DNA of 63,622 bases, filler included, from Perkinsus chesapeaki ATCC PRA-425 (taxonomy: Eukaryota > Protista > Perkinsozoa): assembly GCA_013115145.1 (NCBI GenBank). It is 5 parts of 5 records of this genome, joined end to end, with 100 filler letters (N's around TTAATTAATTAA, not from the genome) between each part and the next. Parts side by side here need not be neighbours in the genome. Positions count along the whole stretch, not along the records: positions 29,737 to 57,100 come from JAAPAO010000495.1; positions 57,201 to 60,380 come from JAAPAO010001451.1; positions 60,481 to 62,216 come from JAAPAO010001805.1; positions 62,317 to 63,622 come from JAAPAO010002047.1; 1 more part is not named here. One strand, given 5' to 3'. Numbering within the stretch: the first letter of the stretch is position 1; each line of letters starts with the position of its first letter. Both the position numbers and the translations under genes were made by a program. The notes beneath the pieces were generated by a model. The model saw nothing but the letters and a program-made list of their open reading frames with translations, had not been told where the DNA came from and made no database searches. This document shows, one piece after another, positions 49,197 to 62,363 of the stretch.

Positions 49197-49985
49197 TCGT
49201 CACTGCGCCACGAAATTATTATTGTGAAATTGGAAATTAGCTTATGTATCTTATAGACGTGAAGTCGGATGAGTTGCGGAACGAATGATGTCAATTTTTT
49301 GTGATTTTGTGTGCGAGCATGTAGAATAGATTTTCATAAATGTTAAAGTTTGTTGTGTTGTGAGTATTCGGTAGCGGAGATGGGAAGACTGTGGAACAGC
49401 GTAGCTGTTGAGGAATTAGTGCCTTTCATTTCGAATGGTACGGGTATGTTCATAGAGGGTGTGGCAGGCTGCCACTGGCAGCCGTCACAATTATACAGTC
49501 CCTTGTAGCTGTAGTTAAGCTTAGGGCCCCCGCAGCTCCCTGCATATATTAATTTATTCTTCCTGCTATTATAAGTTCACTTGCGTCCCACAAGGGGTTA
49601 CTGTGCATGATGTGATTCCTTTTTACGGTAATTAACAGCTACTCTTGCAGTATTTCAAAGCACTGCGGGCCAGACATTCCTCCCACTGACAATCTCCAAG
49701 CAGGACAATTGGGAAATATCCCAGAGTTACGGTTGAAAGATTCTAGTTTCTCTACTTGCTTTCTTTTATGAGTTTCACATCTAGGTTCGCGTCTAAAAGT
49801 CAACTCTGTATTCAGCAACTTCATTGTTACCAAAGGCTTTCTATTCCTCATTTAAATGGCCAGGCGTGCTGCCAACCGATCCACTGATATTAACAAGCGA
49901 CGCTCGTGGGTCAAACGAGCATTCGCCCCGCTACACCCAGGCAAGAAACGTCACGCGCCGCTAAATTATTATCACCTTTGCATTT

Positions 49986-52900
49986 TAGGCTCCCTTCGAG
50001 TATGTGTTTTCACGTTGGTGTTCTCGGCAGTAGGTGTCGGAATCCTCAGCCTCCCATGGGCATTTGCGGAACTCGGTAAATCACGGAAGATATATATCAA
50101 CGGTTAATTTTTCCGAAATTTTCCAGGGATTTTTCGGGAAACTTTCCGCAATTTTTTTTGTCAAAATTTCCTGTTTTTTTTCTCATTTCAGGGATGGGGT
50201 GGGGACTGACAATATTAATCCTGAGCGGTATGGCCTCTTTGGTGTCGATGAAAGTACTTCTCGATGTCGGACGAGCAACCGGCATGAACAGTTATCAAGA
50301 CTGCGTCAAGCTCTATATGGGTACGAAATCGATAATCCGGGCGCGCGCTTTCCGCGTGGTTTGTTTAGGTTCGGTCAGTTGCCGTGTGGTGGAGGTCGTG
50401 CTGTTTTTGGATTGCTTCGGTGCCACGGCGGCGTTTATGAATTTCATGTTCGACTTCGTAATTCCCCGAAATTTCTATTTTTGGAGGATTTCTTTTATTT
50501 CAGATTCACAGTTTCATAGGGATATTCACTAAAGGCGCCTGGTTCGACAACAAATCCTTTATTATATTGACACTTACATTATTAGTAAGACCGCTGGTTC
50601 GAATCCCGCGGGTGGTATTTTGTATTTTTAGTTTATTTTCCCGTTGTGCCTTCCACAGTCGGTTACACGGTGGAGGTTCTTGACTCTACTATGCACCCTC
50701 CCGATAATATATGTCGTAAGATATGGTAGCAGACTGTCACGCGCCACGTAATTATTGTCAGATATTAATGCTGTTAGTGTCAACATTCCTGCCGTTAAAT
50801 CAACGTAAGTTTGGAGAAGTGTGGATTTCTTAGGAAGAAGAATTTTCATACTTCTAGCGCTGCAGGATTCATCTCTTTTCAGAGGTGTCCAATTGTCCCC
50901 CTCCCGAAGTCGTTCCCCGGACGACTTGGAATGGCATCGCCAACTCTTGCAGTATTTTCTTCTTTGCCTTCATGTGTCATATGAATGTAAGGTACTTGAG
51001 TTATACTCATTACGCATCTGTTCAACAGATTCTGTTATTTCGTTTCGAGTTTCGTTCATCGGAACCGCATGTCGAATTTCAAATCTCTGTAGTACAAAGT
51101 TTGTGCTTGTAGCCCGATGAATCACGGTCCATAATATTCGTTGTGGGTCATATTCTACCTTCTTGTAGCTGACATCACTTGTCGGGTGTCACGTTTCGGA
51201 AGAGAAGCATTTCGCAAAAAAGTTGCTACTCTGCCGATGACAGACTGTCATTAGAATATCGTAATGTATCTTTTGAGTGTGTGGTGACTCAGCACTACTG
51301 AGCAAACATTTTGTGTCTCGTCATATGATATAGCTTCTGCTTGTGTCTGGCTCACAACGGACGTGATAAATAATAGAGCTATTTAGGTATTCCCGGTGAA
51401 CTCGGAGCTAGCCAATCCCACGGTTAAGCGTTCTAATAAGATGCTTGTCTATGCAACAATGTGCATGTTGTTGGCGTATGGCTCAGTGGGAGCACTGGGG
51501 TGAGGAGGAGTCAGGTAGCCCTGCTTCATGTGGGCGCCTATCTCAGATATGTGTTGTGGGGAAAAGGATTACTTACTGCGGATGATGGCGCTGATGTAAG
51601 GCTTACATGACTGCGAAAACTGTAGTTTCTTTTCGTTGCAAGCATTTCTCAACTTTTCGCAGGCTTGAGACTCTCAGAAGAACAGTCGATCGTTGGCTCC
51701 ATCCGTGTGAATGAGTCTCAGTGAGTGAAACCCACCGATCTACATATGGCTTCAAGTGTTCACGCCGAACTTGCAGCCTGCAACTTGCAGGAGGTCCACT
51801 CCCGCTTAAACGCACCGTAGCGCAGCTGCCAGTTCTCTTCGGTTTGAATGTCACATCCTGTGCTTCTGCCGCCATGCTTCCAACCACAGTGGAACGCGAT
51901 CAGTTTCCGGGCTATCCTTTCTCCGGCAGTATATCACAAACATTCCTTCCACGAGAGAGGAATGATGCCTCAGGCATCTGCAAACCCTCCTATGAGAAGT
52001 TCGCTCGAGTCGTACAGTAAAGGTAGATGGGCACACCCTCCCCGCTCATCCACCCCCACCTGGCACACCTCATAATTCCGATCCGCTACATATCTTTCGA
52101 CAGGACGCTGCTTGAGCGGGTCATATGACAGGTTCCTCGCTAACGAGTACATCTGGGCTTTAGATGCCTCACGAGGTTTGACAAGTAACGGGAGGCAGCT
52201 GATGGTTAAGCACTAGTACAAGGCTTGTACAAGGGGCTGCTTAGCTAATACAAGTGAATCACTTGAAGTGATACATCTTGCTATGTCTCCACTTCTTGAT
52301 GGATTGCGATAGGGACATCGCCTTTAAAAGGCGATAGTGTGGATCTCACTATTCGTCCGTGCACCAAGAACAGTATGGCACGAGAAAACCGGCAAGCCCT
52401 GACCAAGAACCCCAATAGGGTGACCCCATCATGTTGCTTCAAAAGCGACGCTTTTCTCGTGACACCGGCGGCTTTGGACGTTTTTTTGAGCCTCAAAGAT
52501 CAGGACGGACAGCTCACTGCGTCTTACTCTTTGGTATAGAGAATGAGTCCTGCAATCCGGGTGGTGGGAGGTTCTCTGATCGAGTGGTGTAAAATTCACA
52601 CCATTCGCGTTTTACACTTCAATTTACGATCATAACGTTTGACCACATGTAGTGGAGCACTTCTAGTACAGAGTCTGGACTCCAGACTAGCGAAAAACAC
52701 CGCAGGAATGAGTGATTCCAGAACACCAGTGTCAGATTGGAGCAATAACATCGAGCTAGTTAGAAGTTAAAGACGGCTGCAGTATAACGAAGGATCGTAG
52801 ACCATACAAGCGTCAGGGTCAGCGGACCACGTCTTGTCGTGTCGTCGATGTTGATGAAGTATGATACTTCAAGTATCTTATGTAATAATCTCATACAGTC

Positions 52901-55200
52901 ATCATGAAAATCATAAATGCCCGAGGACTAATAATAATTATAGTACTCAATTACCCTATCTTCGCGATAGAGTTATAAATTATAACTTATAACTTATAAT
53001 CGCCAACATGATAGAACAGTATGACTCAGTCGTTGTGTTCCTTGATCTAGACCACATTGTGAACGTCTTGCGGTTCCGGGGGCTTGGATGAGAGTTGAGG
53101 TGTTGTTTGTAGTTGCTTCTTCCCTTCTTTCCTTGTCGCTTTTGGAAAACGCGCACGCTTCGCCGCCGGGACCTCGCCCAGCGTAGCGTTCCTCTCAAGA
53201 ACCGTCTTCTGACCATTAGTGAACTCGACGTCCTCAAACTTGTCAACCTAAGCCAAGAAACACTTTTCGCCAGAGGAGCACTCTTGGATCCCACAACTTG
53301 CAGGCTACAAGTCGAGTCCGGACAGTCCCACGCGAGAGGAGTTTATAGCAGCCCGAATTCTCTATCTTTTACAGCTACCTCGTATCTTACTTGGTATTCG
53401 ATCCCTACGTAAAACTGTACCTCTAACGTCAACACTTAACCTGCACTCAATTTCAGCTAGTTACTGGTTGAGGCCTTTATGACATATGTCGTGCAGTCGT
53501 GACAGACCGTAACTCAAGGCTTAGAATTGAGGTGCTGAAGAACTTTCGGGACTTAACGGTTAAGTCTTAACCCAAACAAGCCCAAAGTGTCACCAAGCCA
53601 GCGTCTGTCCTGGTGACTTGGTCAAACCAGAGCGTCTTGTTGACTATGTTCTTAATAGCCCTGATGCAAGCGTTCTGTAAACGGTCAGTGACCTACCCGT
53701 CTAATCCGCAGTCTGCCATGTAATAATATAATCCAATAGTCTGCCGAGCCTTGTCTCGAACACGATAAGACGGGGACACTATGGTCGAGTTACTCGATCA
53801 GAGTGGTCCCGTCCTACTCGACTCGAATAATGATGAAGCGCCCTTAAACGTTTTTTATAGCACCATCTTCTAGCCAACTGGTGCAAAGAATGAGTTTGCT
53901 CGAGTAGGATTGGCATTCGGTGAAGTTCACTGAGTGAACGCTCTTCCTCGTCAGATCGTGGCCCTTTTCTGGTATACGTTTCCACCTCGATGATATCCCT
54001 TGCCCGCTCCAAATCCGTCGGGTGAGCAAGTGTTCTTCAGGTCCTTTCTTGCTGGCCGTCCACATCAATTTTAGCGACTATTGCGAGGGTTGTGATGACA
54101 CCTATGTTGATAATATGTAAGCAATCTCGTTAACTTACAACCTCATTACGCTTATTCGCCGTTGCTTTCGTATTGCTTTATGACAGGCTTTTTGTGCGTT
54201 GTTTTTGTCTCTCTCGAATGCATAGTTTATATACCGATACCAATTTTCAGCGACAGTTCTTGCTTTTCGTTCTTGGAGCAGCCTGCAACAAAAAGTTCAT
54301 AATATAAGAACGTTGATCGATCTGTCTTTAGAATTCTTATGCAGACTGGATAATCACAATATAGATAATACGGATCATCCAGACTGGGGCACTGGAGTAA
54401 CTACGCTCCTTTAATTCCAAATGTGCGGCGCATTATGTGCACATGGCTGGGCCCCAGCCTGGGTGCATTCTGTATCCATCTCTCCACTATGGAACATATT
54501 CTCTTTCAAACTCTCTATCACAGCTCTGCATGTTTCGATGAGCACATTTCTGTATGGCGGATGAATCTCTGATGTTTGTCAGGTTCGGTTCTGTGTTTAA
54601 ATCCCGCCCGAGAGAATATAATTAGATTAATGTTGGCCGCCGCGCCTTCCCTAGACGTAAACGTCGCTTTTGTTATCCACTACTATAGCAAGCTTTGTTA
54701 GAAAACAAGGGAAGGCCACGGACAGGAGCCTCTACTGAATGGGATGACTGATGGAGATGAAACCAATCCGTCCAATTCCGCGGCAGCTCGAGTTTCTAAC
54801 CTCGTTTGTAAGCGATCGGGATATCAGTATATCGGATATATGCATTTGGAATCCCCGATTGCTTATGTCTAGATACGTCGACGACCTTTCTCCTGTGCGT
54901 CGTTTGCGCAATATGCGCCATAGCAGTAAGTGAGCCCGATGGGATTCGAACACACGGCCTTCCGGATGCCAGCAATATTAGCTAACTATTAGACGTTGTC
55001 CCTCTAGGTTCCGTCGTTGGTAGATTTACTAGGCGTTCTTGGCGGCTTCTGTGCGGTTACGCTGATTTTCGTCTTCCCCGCCTGCGTTCTGTGCCTTCAC
55101 GAAGGGCTCACCGTTCATAGTGGACTCATAACAGCGGTAAGGTTTCATTCACTTGCAATCTTGAATTTCCTCAACGCTCTAAGGTCTTCCTTGCCTTCAC
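49986..55200 (+). CDS. AAAP/SLC38-family amino-acid transporter, multi-exon, with an unexplained ~3-kb interruption
   Basis: FTLVFSAVGVGILSLPWAF, FIFPLCLP and SIFFFAFMCHMN at the 5' end (to about 50986). VLCLNPARENI and CAIA|VPSLVDLLGVLGGFCAVTLIFVFPA at the 3' end (54580-55130). Confidence 0.8.
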
Positions 55201-56142
55201 CGTGGTCGGCCTATACAGTGCTGTCGAATCACTCCTCCAGTTCATTAAACGAGAGTGAGTTCTATACCAACTTTTCTGTTCATTTTATCCCGTTGTGTTC
55301 ACAATTCACAGTAAGAAGCTCGGATTGTAGAAAACCAGCAAATGTCTACCAGTTGTATCCGCTGAACTTCTGGGCCAGTCGAGGCGGGTCGTAGCATAAA
55401 TTTGGTGCTTAGTAAATATTACGTATGCGTCGGTCAAAAGTGAAACTGAAAAAATTCTACTCCAAAATTATTTCCGCGAGAATGCCCACAGTAGCGAGTT
55501 TTCACTTGGTCATTATTTCTACCTGTTACTTGTGCTACTGCGATTTCAAGTGTTTTTATCATGCCATTCACCGGGCGAAAAAACCGAGTGTTGCTAGCGG
55601 CGGCCACGTCACCACGAGGAAAAATGACAAGTCCGGGGAAAGGTGAGGAAATTAAGATTAAAAAAACAAAACTTAAATTCGCAAATGAGATTGCACATCG
55701 GACGTGGAAGCTCGAGCGGAGAGATAGGATAACCATTGCAAAGAGAGACGCGAAGGAAATGTGTAATGACAGACGATCATCGATGCAGTTCCATTACTTT
55801 ACAGTAAGCAGCGGAAGTCGGTGGGAAGTGCAATTCGGGTTTGGAGGAAAAACGTTATGAAATGCCTCACTGTATGTTATAGTAGATGAACCCCAGAAGT
55901 CTGTACCCCATATGTCTACATCAGGACATATGTTACGATATAGGTAAATATGCACTGCATAGGTCGACTTTGAAATATAGCTTAAAGCCTTGAGAATCTC
56001 CGCTATGAACTTTGGCGACAATCAAATTTTGCGAGTTTGCTAGGAAACTGCTCCACATTGCAGTCGCCCGCGTAGATCGTGAAGGTAACGCTTTTCCCTG
56101 CAGATTGAGCCAGAGGGTCCACCCAAGAAGATCATCACCAAG

Positions 56143-57100
56143 ATGCTGGATACTGCAAGCGTGACAAGCGTGCGTCGGATGACTTTGCCCGAATTATTAG
56201 AATTCGTTGCTTCTCATCCGCCTGCTAGACCGCCCACGGTCGATGCAGCCCTTGCTGAGAGGGCCATTCGATTGCTGAGTTTTGCCGTTCCTGAAGAGGT
56301 GTGCGACATTGCAGCAAATGTCGGGTCCGCGCCAGTTTTGAGGGCGATTTCGGATAGAATTCTAGCAGCCTACCCTCCCGACGTTTTCACGTCGCGATGT
56401 GGATTTGGAAAAATCGCACAACTTGTAGAAGCCTTTGCCAAAAGAACTGAACTGGCCGATCCGCGCGTTGCCAAAATCGCGGAAGTGACGGAGGGATCGG
56501 TAAGAGAGCCTTTGGAAGACTTAGTTACATTTTACGAGGCTGGGAGGAAGATGAAGGTTAAAATGGCAGAGTCACTGGAAGAGTCCATCGCATCGGCGCT
56601 GAGGTCACGACTAGTGTTGGACGCGCCGACTGCAAAGAAAAAGGAAAATGTGATATTTTCGCTTGACGACAAGAAAATTAAGGGCGAAGATTTGCCGAGT
56701 TCATCAACTTTAGTGAAGAGTATTGAATGCCTCAGTCATAGAAGAAGTGGGGTTACCGAACGGGGAGATTTGCTATGGACGGTCCTCAAATTGAGATCAC
56801 AAATAGACTTTAGCATAGAGGATATCATTCGATTAGTCATTGCTGCTTCCGCTGTGGATGACCGAGAATTACTGTACAGATATAGGGCCCTATTGAGAGC
56901 AGAAATAGGTAGAGTGAAAGATATGACCGGCCGGTGCGCCTTCGAAGGCTTGAAGGCCGCGATTGCAGTTGGGCTTCACGATCAGACAACTCAACGACGG
57001 CTATTCAACGCCGTCATAAAGAGCGATAATTCTGAGCTGATCTCATCGGCTTTAACGTATTCGGAGAGTTTCGGATCTTGGACAAGCGAACGGTTGAGGA
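56143..57100 (+). CDS. Hypothetical alpha-helical repeat-like protein, truncated by gap
   Basis: Open frame of about 320 aa with RAP-family-like helices (KIAQLVEAFAKR, EDIIRLVIAASAV). Confidence 0.55.
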
Positions 57101-57200
57101 NNNNNNNNNNNNNNNNNNNNNNNNNNNNNNNNNNNNNNNNNNNNTTAATTAATTAANNNNNNNNNNNNNNNNNNNNNNNNNNNNNNNNNNNNNNNNNNNN

Positions 57201-57375
57201 GATATTATTGAGGCTTACATGGATATTATTGAGGCTTACATGGATATTATTGAGGCTTACATGGATATAATTGAGGCTTACATTGATATTATTGAGGCTT
57301 ACATGGATATTATTGAGGCTTACATGGATATAATTGAGGCTTACATGGATATTATTGAGGCTTACATAGATATTA
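57201..57375. repeat. 21-bp tandem repeat, 8 copies, truncated by gap
   Basis: Unit gatattattgaggcttacatg. Confidence 0.97.
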
Positions 57376-57445
57376 TGCAAGGTACATAGAATCCCTGTTA
57401 AAAAGAAGTTCTCATGGCTATCTCCCACGAGTTCGTGTCATTCGT

Positions 57446-59720
57446 TCATGACTCAATGGAATTGTCTCGGTGACGGGGTTTCGATGCAGCAGCAGCAGCA
57501 GCAGCCGCTGTAGCTTTAACTAGGTAACTCGAACACCCCCTATCCCCATGAAACTATTCATAATATTATAAGTATCTGACGTTATATCACACATTGACGG
57601 ATCAACTGGTCCAGAGAAGGAACTACGAGAAAAATAACGATCACAGTGAATACTAATAGTCGCTTTCATCATCACAACAAAGATCAATAACTTCATCCGC
57701 TTCATCGCCGATGTACCTAATAAGCAATCACGCTTTACCCTTGTTGGAGGCATCCTCTTACTCTTGGGCCTGCTTCTCCACATAACTGCCTATACGTGCC
57801 CGCTTGCAGGGCATATCTAGGTTCTGAATGCCAACCTGTATAACAGCTGCACAATCCTGCCCTACCTTCAAGTCAAGCTTGCCTGTGAGTGATGAACGTG
57901 TAGATGCCGTTGACGATGATGAAGAGCATCCATCAGAGGCAGCACCTCCGGTGTCCTATCACAAATATCAATCCTACCAATCATCGGCGTCCTCGGTACT
58001 TCCGTGCCAGCGGCAGCCTCATCGCAATGGTCACTCCCTGGAGGTTGAGTTCTCCACTGTGCGGTCGACTTGGTGACAAATACCTTCCAAAAAGTCCAAG
58101 ATACACCTCTTATGTGAACCCACCTCTTCAACTTCGGAATCCTCAGTCGCTCGGAGTATATCGAGAAGATATCCATCAATAAGTATCTCATCAGGCCGCA
58201 ACACAGCATCGCACACTGCGCACTTCCAGCGGTTGTTAAACGCGGCCATCATTTTCTGGGAGCGAATGAACCACTCGAGATCGAAGCACTAACAATAAAA
58301 CTGGCATAGTTACCCCTGTGATCCTGTACCTGTATATGGGAGCATGATTGGCCTCTCGCTGGATAGGTCATCCTCGCATAGGACAGCGGGCATGTGAGAC
58401 GGAGCGATCTGGGCATCCAAGCCGTGATGGGCGGTCTTGCTATATTGCCTACCGCGTATCCGCATCAATCTCATCACTGCCGCCACTAATTTGCAAATCA
58501 TCTTCATCTTCTTTCCGACACAGTATGCTTTTAATTCGGGTTGACGACTGCTCGCAGTTCTCCACGGGAACCTGTGCCGAAGTGGGTCGACTTCCCACGG
58601 CCATTGACCATGCTTCTCACCTCTGCAAGGATATCTGCAGGCTCCTTAGGTGTACATACAACAAACGCTAGGACATAATGCAGCCTTTGGTTCGCTGAGT
58701 AAGCTAATTTCGGATCCTGTTGGATCGTCACCTGCCACAAGACTGAGATGTTCGCAGCGTAAATCGGCTCACCTTAAACCGCGCATCGGTCTGGTAAGTA
58801 GGAATACATTCTGTGATGTCGAGGGGAGCATCTCGACGTTTCCGAAGATGCTCCGGAGGAAGTATCTATTCCAAAGCTCACGTCAACTCCACTTCACCGG
58901 GTCACCTTGATTCCTGCGCCATCGTCGAACTCAAGCAAGAAGCTGTACGGCCATACATGGTGAAAAGACAGCTTGTACTTGCCGGATCTATCGAGAGGTA
59001 GGCTCCAGCGGAAATGACGGTGGCCCAGCACCAACTACTACTTGTCATTTCCACCGCTCATCATGCTAGAAGGAATCGCAATCATTCTGGCCCATATCCG
59101 AGCGCCGGTCTTCCCAAATTTATTTCGGTTCGGTACGGACAAGCGGGCTTGGTAGGTTCCAGGGCCGGCGATTCGCCAGGTACCCAATATACCGTCCTGA
59201 GGAGAAACCTGGAGGGATCTCCCCAGCCTCAAGTGTAAAGGAATCTCCTACTGAATTGTCGGCAACAAGAGGCCAGAATGGATCCATTCGAGATATGATG
59301 TTTTCAATCGAGGGGTCCCGAATCTCAGTGATGCTCTGCTGAGCCGCCGCAGTAGCGTTAAGAAAAGCTGCAGACAAAGGCATAAACCGAACTACCATCG
59401 CTCTGCATTACCTGTTCCGGGGCGACTCTTTGAAGAGTTACGCTGAGATACGTTTTTAGAAGATACGGTTTTGGGTGCAGAACGCGGAACAAGTGGTGGC
59501 CACACCAGCGATGCTGAAATGAGTGGTAATAAATGACCAAGGCGCGGGGCAGTGGACCTACCTGTTAGCAAGTCGGGATTCACTTCCACTGCCTCGCGAA
59601 TCCTCTCGACCAACTCGGCCTTCCGACCTGATACTTTCAAGTTCATGTGCCTGATACATTGACATTATGAAGCGAATAGAGACCAAAGTAGGAGCGTTGT
59701 GACTCTGAGAAGGCCCTGTA
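57446..59720 (-). CDS. PIAS/Siz-type SUMO E3 ligase (SAP plus SP-RING/zf-MIZ), multi-exon
   Basis: SAP motif MNLKVSGRKAELVERI (about 59570-59650). SP-RING motif CFDLEWFIRSQKMMAAFNNRWKCAVCDAVLRPDEILIDGYLLDIL (about 58150-58300). Confidence 0.85.
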
Positions 59721-60312
59721 TTATTTTTTGTATGATTCTAAATGAGAGAGTCATTGCGAAACTTCCTTCGAGGAGAAAAGAGCTTTACCGAAAAGTCTCT
59801 AGAAATGCGGCGTTTTCCTTGAAGAAGATGATTTACCCTTGCGAGACGTCCTATGGTGAATGCTTCCCTCAGCAATACCTGCAATAGTCCTTCAATACAC
59901 TGACGGTGAACGATGGTAGGGCCTCAAGAGTTGTGGCAATCTCCGAAGCGGAGGCAGGCCCCATGTATAGGGCTTGTTAGGGACAATATAGAATCAGACA
60001 AACCTGGACGAGGATCGTCCCCCCTGCCCCGGAAGAGCGATTCTCTCTCAGGTTCCTCCAGGTTTCCCAGTTGTTATTTCAGAACACTGCGGAAACCTCG
60101 GCGAGCAATTGCTTATTTGATGAACAAAAGACCAGCATTTTGGTTTCGTCGGACCGTGAGTTTGTCGACATCCTCTGCTGTCAGACTGATGAGTAGGACG
60201 TAACCTTATGTACTGTATGTCCCCCATGAGCGCTGCGTCAATAATTAACGAATCTTCAACGCGGACCGTTATAAAACTCAAGGAAAAATGAGATACGCAA
60301 GCCATGAATAAA

Positions 60313-60380
60313 AGGTCCTATCGGGATTTGAACCCGAGTCGCTGGATTCAAAGTCCAGAGTGCTAACCACTACACTATAG
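60313..60380 (-). tRNA. trnQ-UUG: tRNA-Gln(UUG), first 4 nt lost in gap
   Basis: CTATAGTGTAGTGGTTAGCACTCTGGACTTTGAATCCAGCGACTCGGGTTCAAATCCCGATAGGACCT. Confidence 0.93.
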
Positions 60381-60480
60381 NNNNNNNNNNNNNNNNNNNN
60401 NNNNNNNNNNNNNNNNNNNNNNNNTTAATTAATTAANNNNNNNNNNNNNNNNNNNNNNNNNNNNNNNNNNNNNNNNNNNN

Positions 60481-62216
60481 GTATACTCCGTCGTCCACAG
60501 TTCAGTTGTTGTAGTCGAGGTCTCCAAATCGGCATCAGAACTGGTGGCAGTAGACGATGTACTAGGCTCACTATGATCCACATCTTCTTCGGCTGTAAAA
60601 AGCGCAGTATACTCCGTCGACGCAGGCTCCATCACAGTTGTCGAGGAAGTAGCACTGGTACTAGTAGAGGTCTCCAAGTCAGGAATGACACTGCCGACAG
60701 TAGATGATGTCCCAGGCCAAATATGATCGACGACTTCGGTGGTTGTGGATAGTGTAGTATACTCGGTCGTCCACATTTCAGTTGTTGTAGTCGAGGTTTC
60801 CAAAGCCGCATCAGGACTGGTGATTGTAGTTGATGTGTTAGAGTCGGTACGTTCCCCAGCTTCGGTGCCAGTTGATAATGTAGTATACTCGGTCGTCCAC
60901 ATTTCAGTAGTTGTAGTCGAGGCCCCCAAATCGGCATCAGGACTGGCGGCAGTAGTCGATGTACTAGGCTCACTATGATCCACATCTTCGTCGATTGTAG
61001 AAAATGTAGCATACTCAATCGACGAAGGCCCCGTCACAGTAGTCGAAGAAATAGTACTGGTACTAGTAAAGCTCTCCGAGTCAGAAATTGCACTGCCGAC
61101 AGTAGGTGATGTACCAGGCCAAATATGATCGACGACTTCAGTGGTTGTGGATAGCACAGTATACGCCGTCGTCCACAGTTCCGTAGGTGTAGTTGAGGTC
61201 TCCAAGTCGAAATCAGTAGTAGTGATTGTAGTTGATGTGCTAGAGTCGGTACGATCCACAGCTCCGGTGCCAGTTGATAATGTAGTATACTCGGTCGTCC
61301 ACATTTCAGTTGTTGTAGTCGAGGTTTCCAAACCAGAATCAGAATTAGTGATTGTAGTTGATGTGGTAAAGTCGGTACGTTCCACAGCTTCGGTGCCAGT
61401 TGTTAGTGTTGTATACTGCGGCGTCCACAGTTCCGTAGATGTAGTCGAGGTCTCCGAATCAAAATCAGTACTAGTGATTGTAGTTGATGTTGTAGAGTCG
61501 GTACGTTCCACAGCTTCAGTGCCAGGTGATAATGTAGTATACTCTGTCGTCCACATTTCAGTGGTTGTAGTCGAGGTCTCTAATTCGGCATCAGGACTGG
61601 TGGCTGTAGTCGAAGAAATAGTACTGGTACTAGTAGAGCTCTCCCAGTCAGAAATAGCACTGGCGACAGTAGGTGATGTACCAGGCCAAATATGATCGAC
61701 GACTTCGGTGGTTGTGGATAGCGTAGTATACTCTGGCGTCAACAGTTCCATAGATGTAGTCGAGGTCTCCGAATCAGAAACAGTACTAGTGATTGTAGTT
61801 GATGTGGTAGAGTCGGTCCGATCCACAGCTTCGGTACCTGTTGATAGTGTAGTATACTCGGTCGTCCACATTTCAGTGGTTGTAGTCGAGGTCTCCAAAT
61901 CAGAATCAGAATTAGTGATTGTAGTTGATGTGGTAGAGTCGGTACGTTCCACGACTTCGGTGGTTGTGGGTAGCGTAGTATAGTCGGTCGTCCACATTTT
62001 GGTTGTGGTCGAGGTCTCCAAATCGGCATCACTACTGGAGACAGTTGTTGATGTGCGAGGCTCACTACCATCCACATATTCGTCGGCTGTAGAGAGTGTA
62101 GTATACTCAGTCGGCGAAGGCTCCGTCACAATAGTCGAAGAAATAGCACTGGTACTAGTAGAGCTCTCCGAGTCAGAAATGGCACTGGCGACAGTAGGTG
62201 ATGTACCAGGCCAAAT
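60481..62216 (-). CDS. Mucin-like Thr/Ser-rich repeat protein, internal fragment between two gaps
   Basis: Open frame across the whole contig, with modules ETSTTTTEMWTTEYTTLS, TEAVERTDSTTSTTIT, EVVDHIWPGTS and DVDHSEPSTS. Confidence 0.9.
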
Positions 62217-62363
62217 NNNNNNNNNNNNNNNNNNNNNNNNNNNNNNNNNNNNNNNNNNNNTTAATTAATTAANNNNNNNNNNNNNNNNNNNNNNNNNNNN
62301 NNNNNNNNNNNNNNNNCGACAGAGCTGCGACCGATCATTCCACTGCACCGAGCGCCCAACCTT

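Noticed and set aside
49467-49483. 8-bp palindromes with 1-nt loop (also 53550-53566)
   Set aside because: About one such 8-bp case is expected by chance in 63 kb, so they are not significant alone.
51600-52152. Minus-strand frame interrupted only by TGA, suggesting stop-codon recoding
   Set aside because: It is the antisense of a plus-strand open frame containing TCA codons. Only about 5 stops are involved, no protein family is recognisable, and real genes in the window end with TGA.
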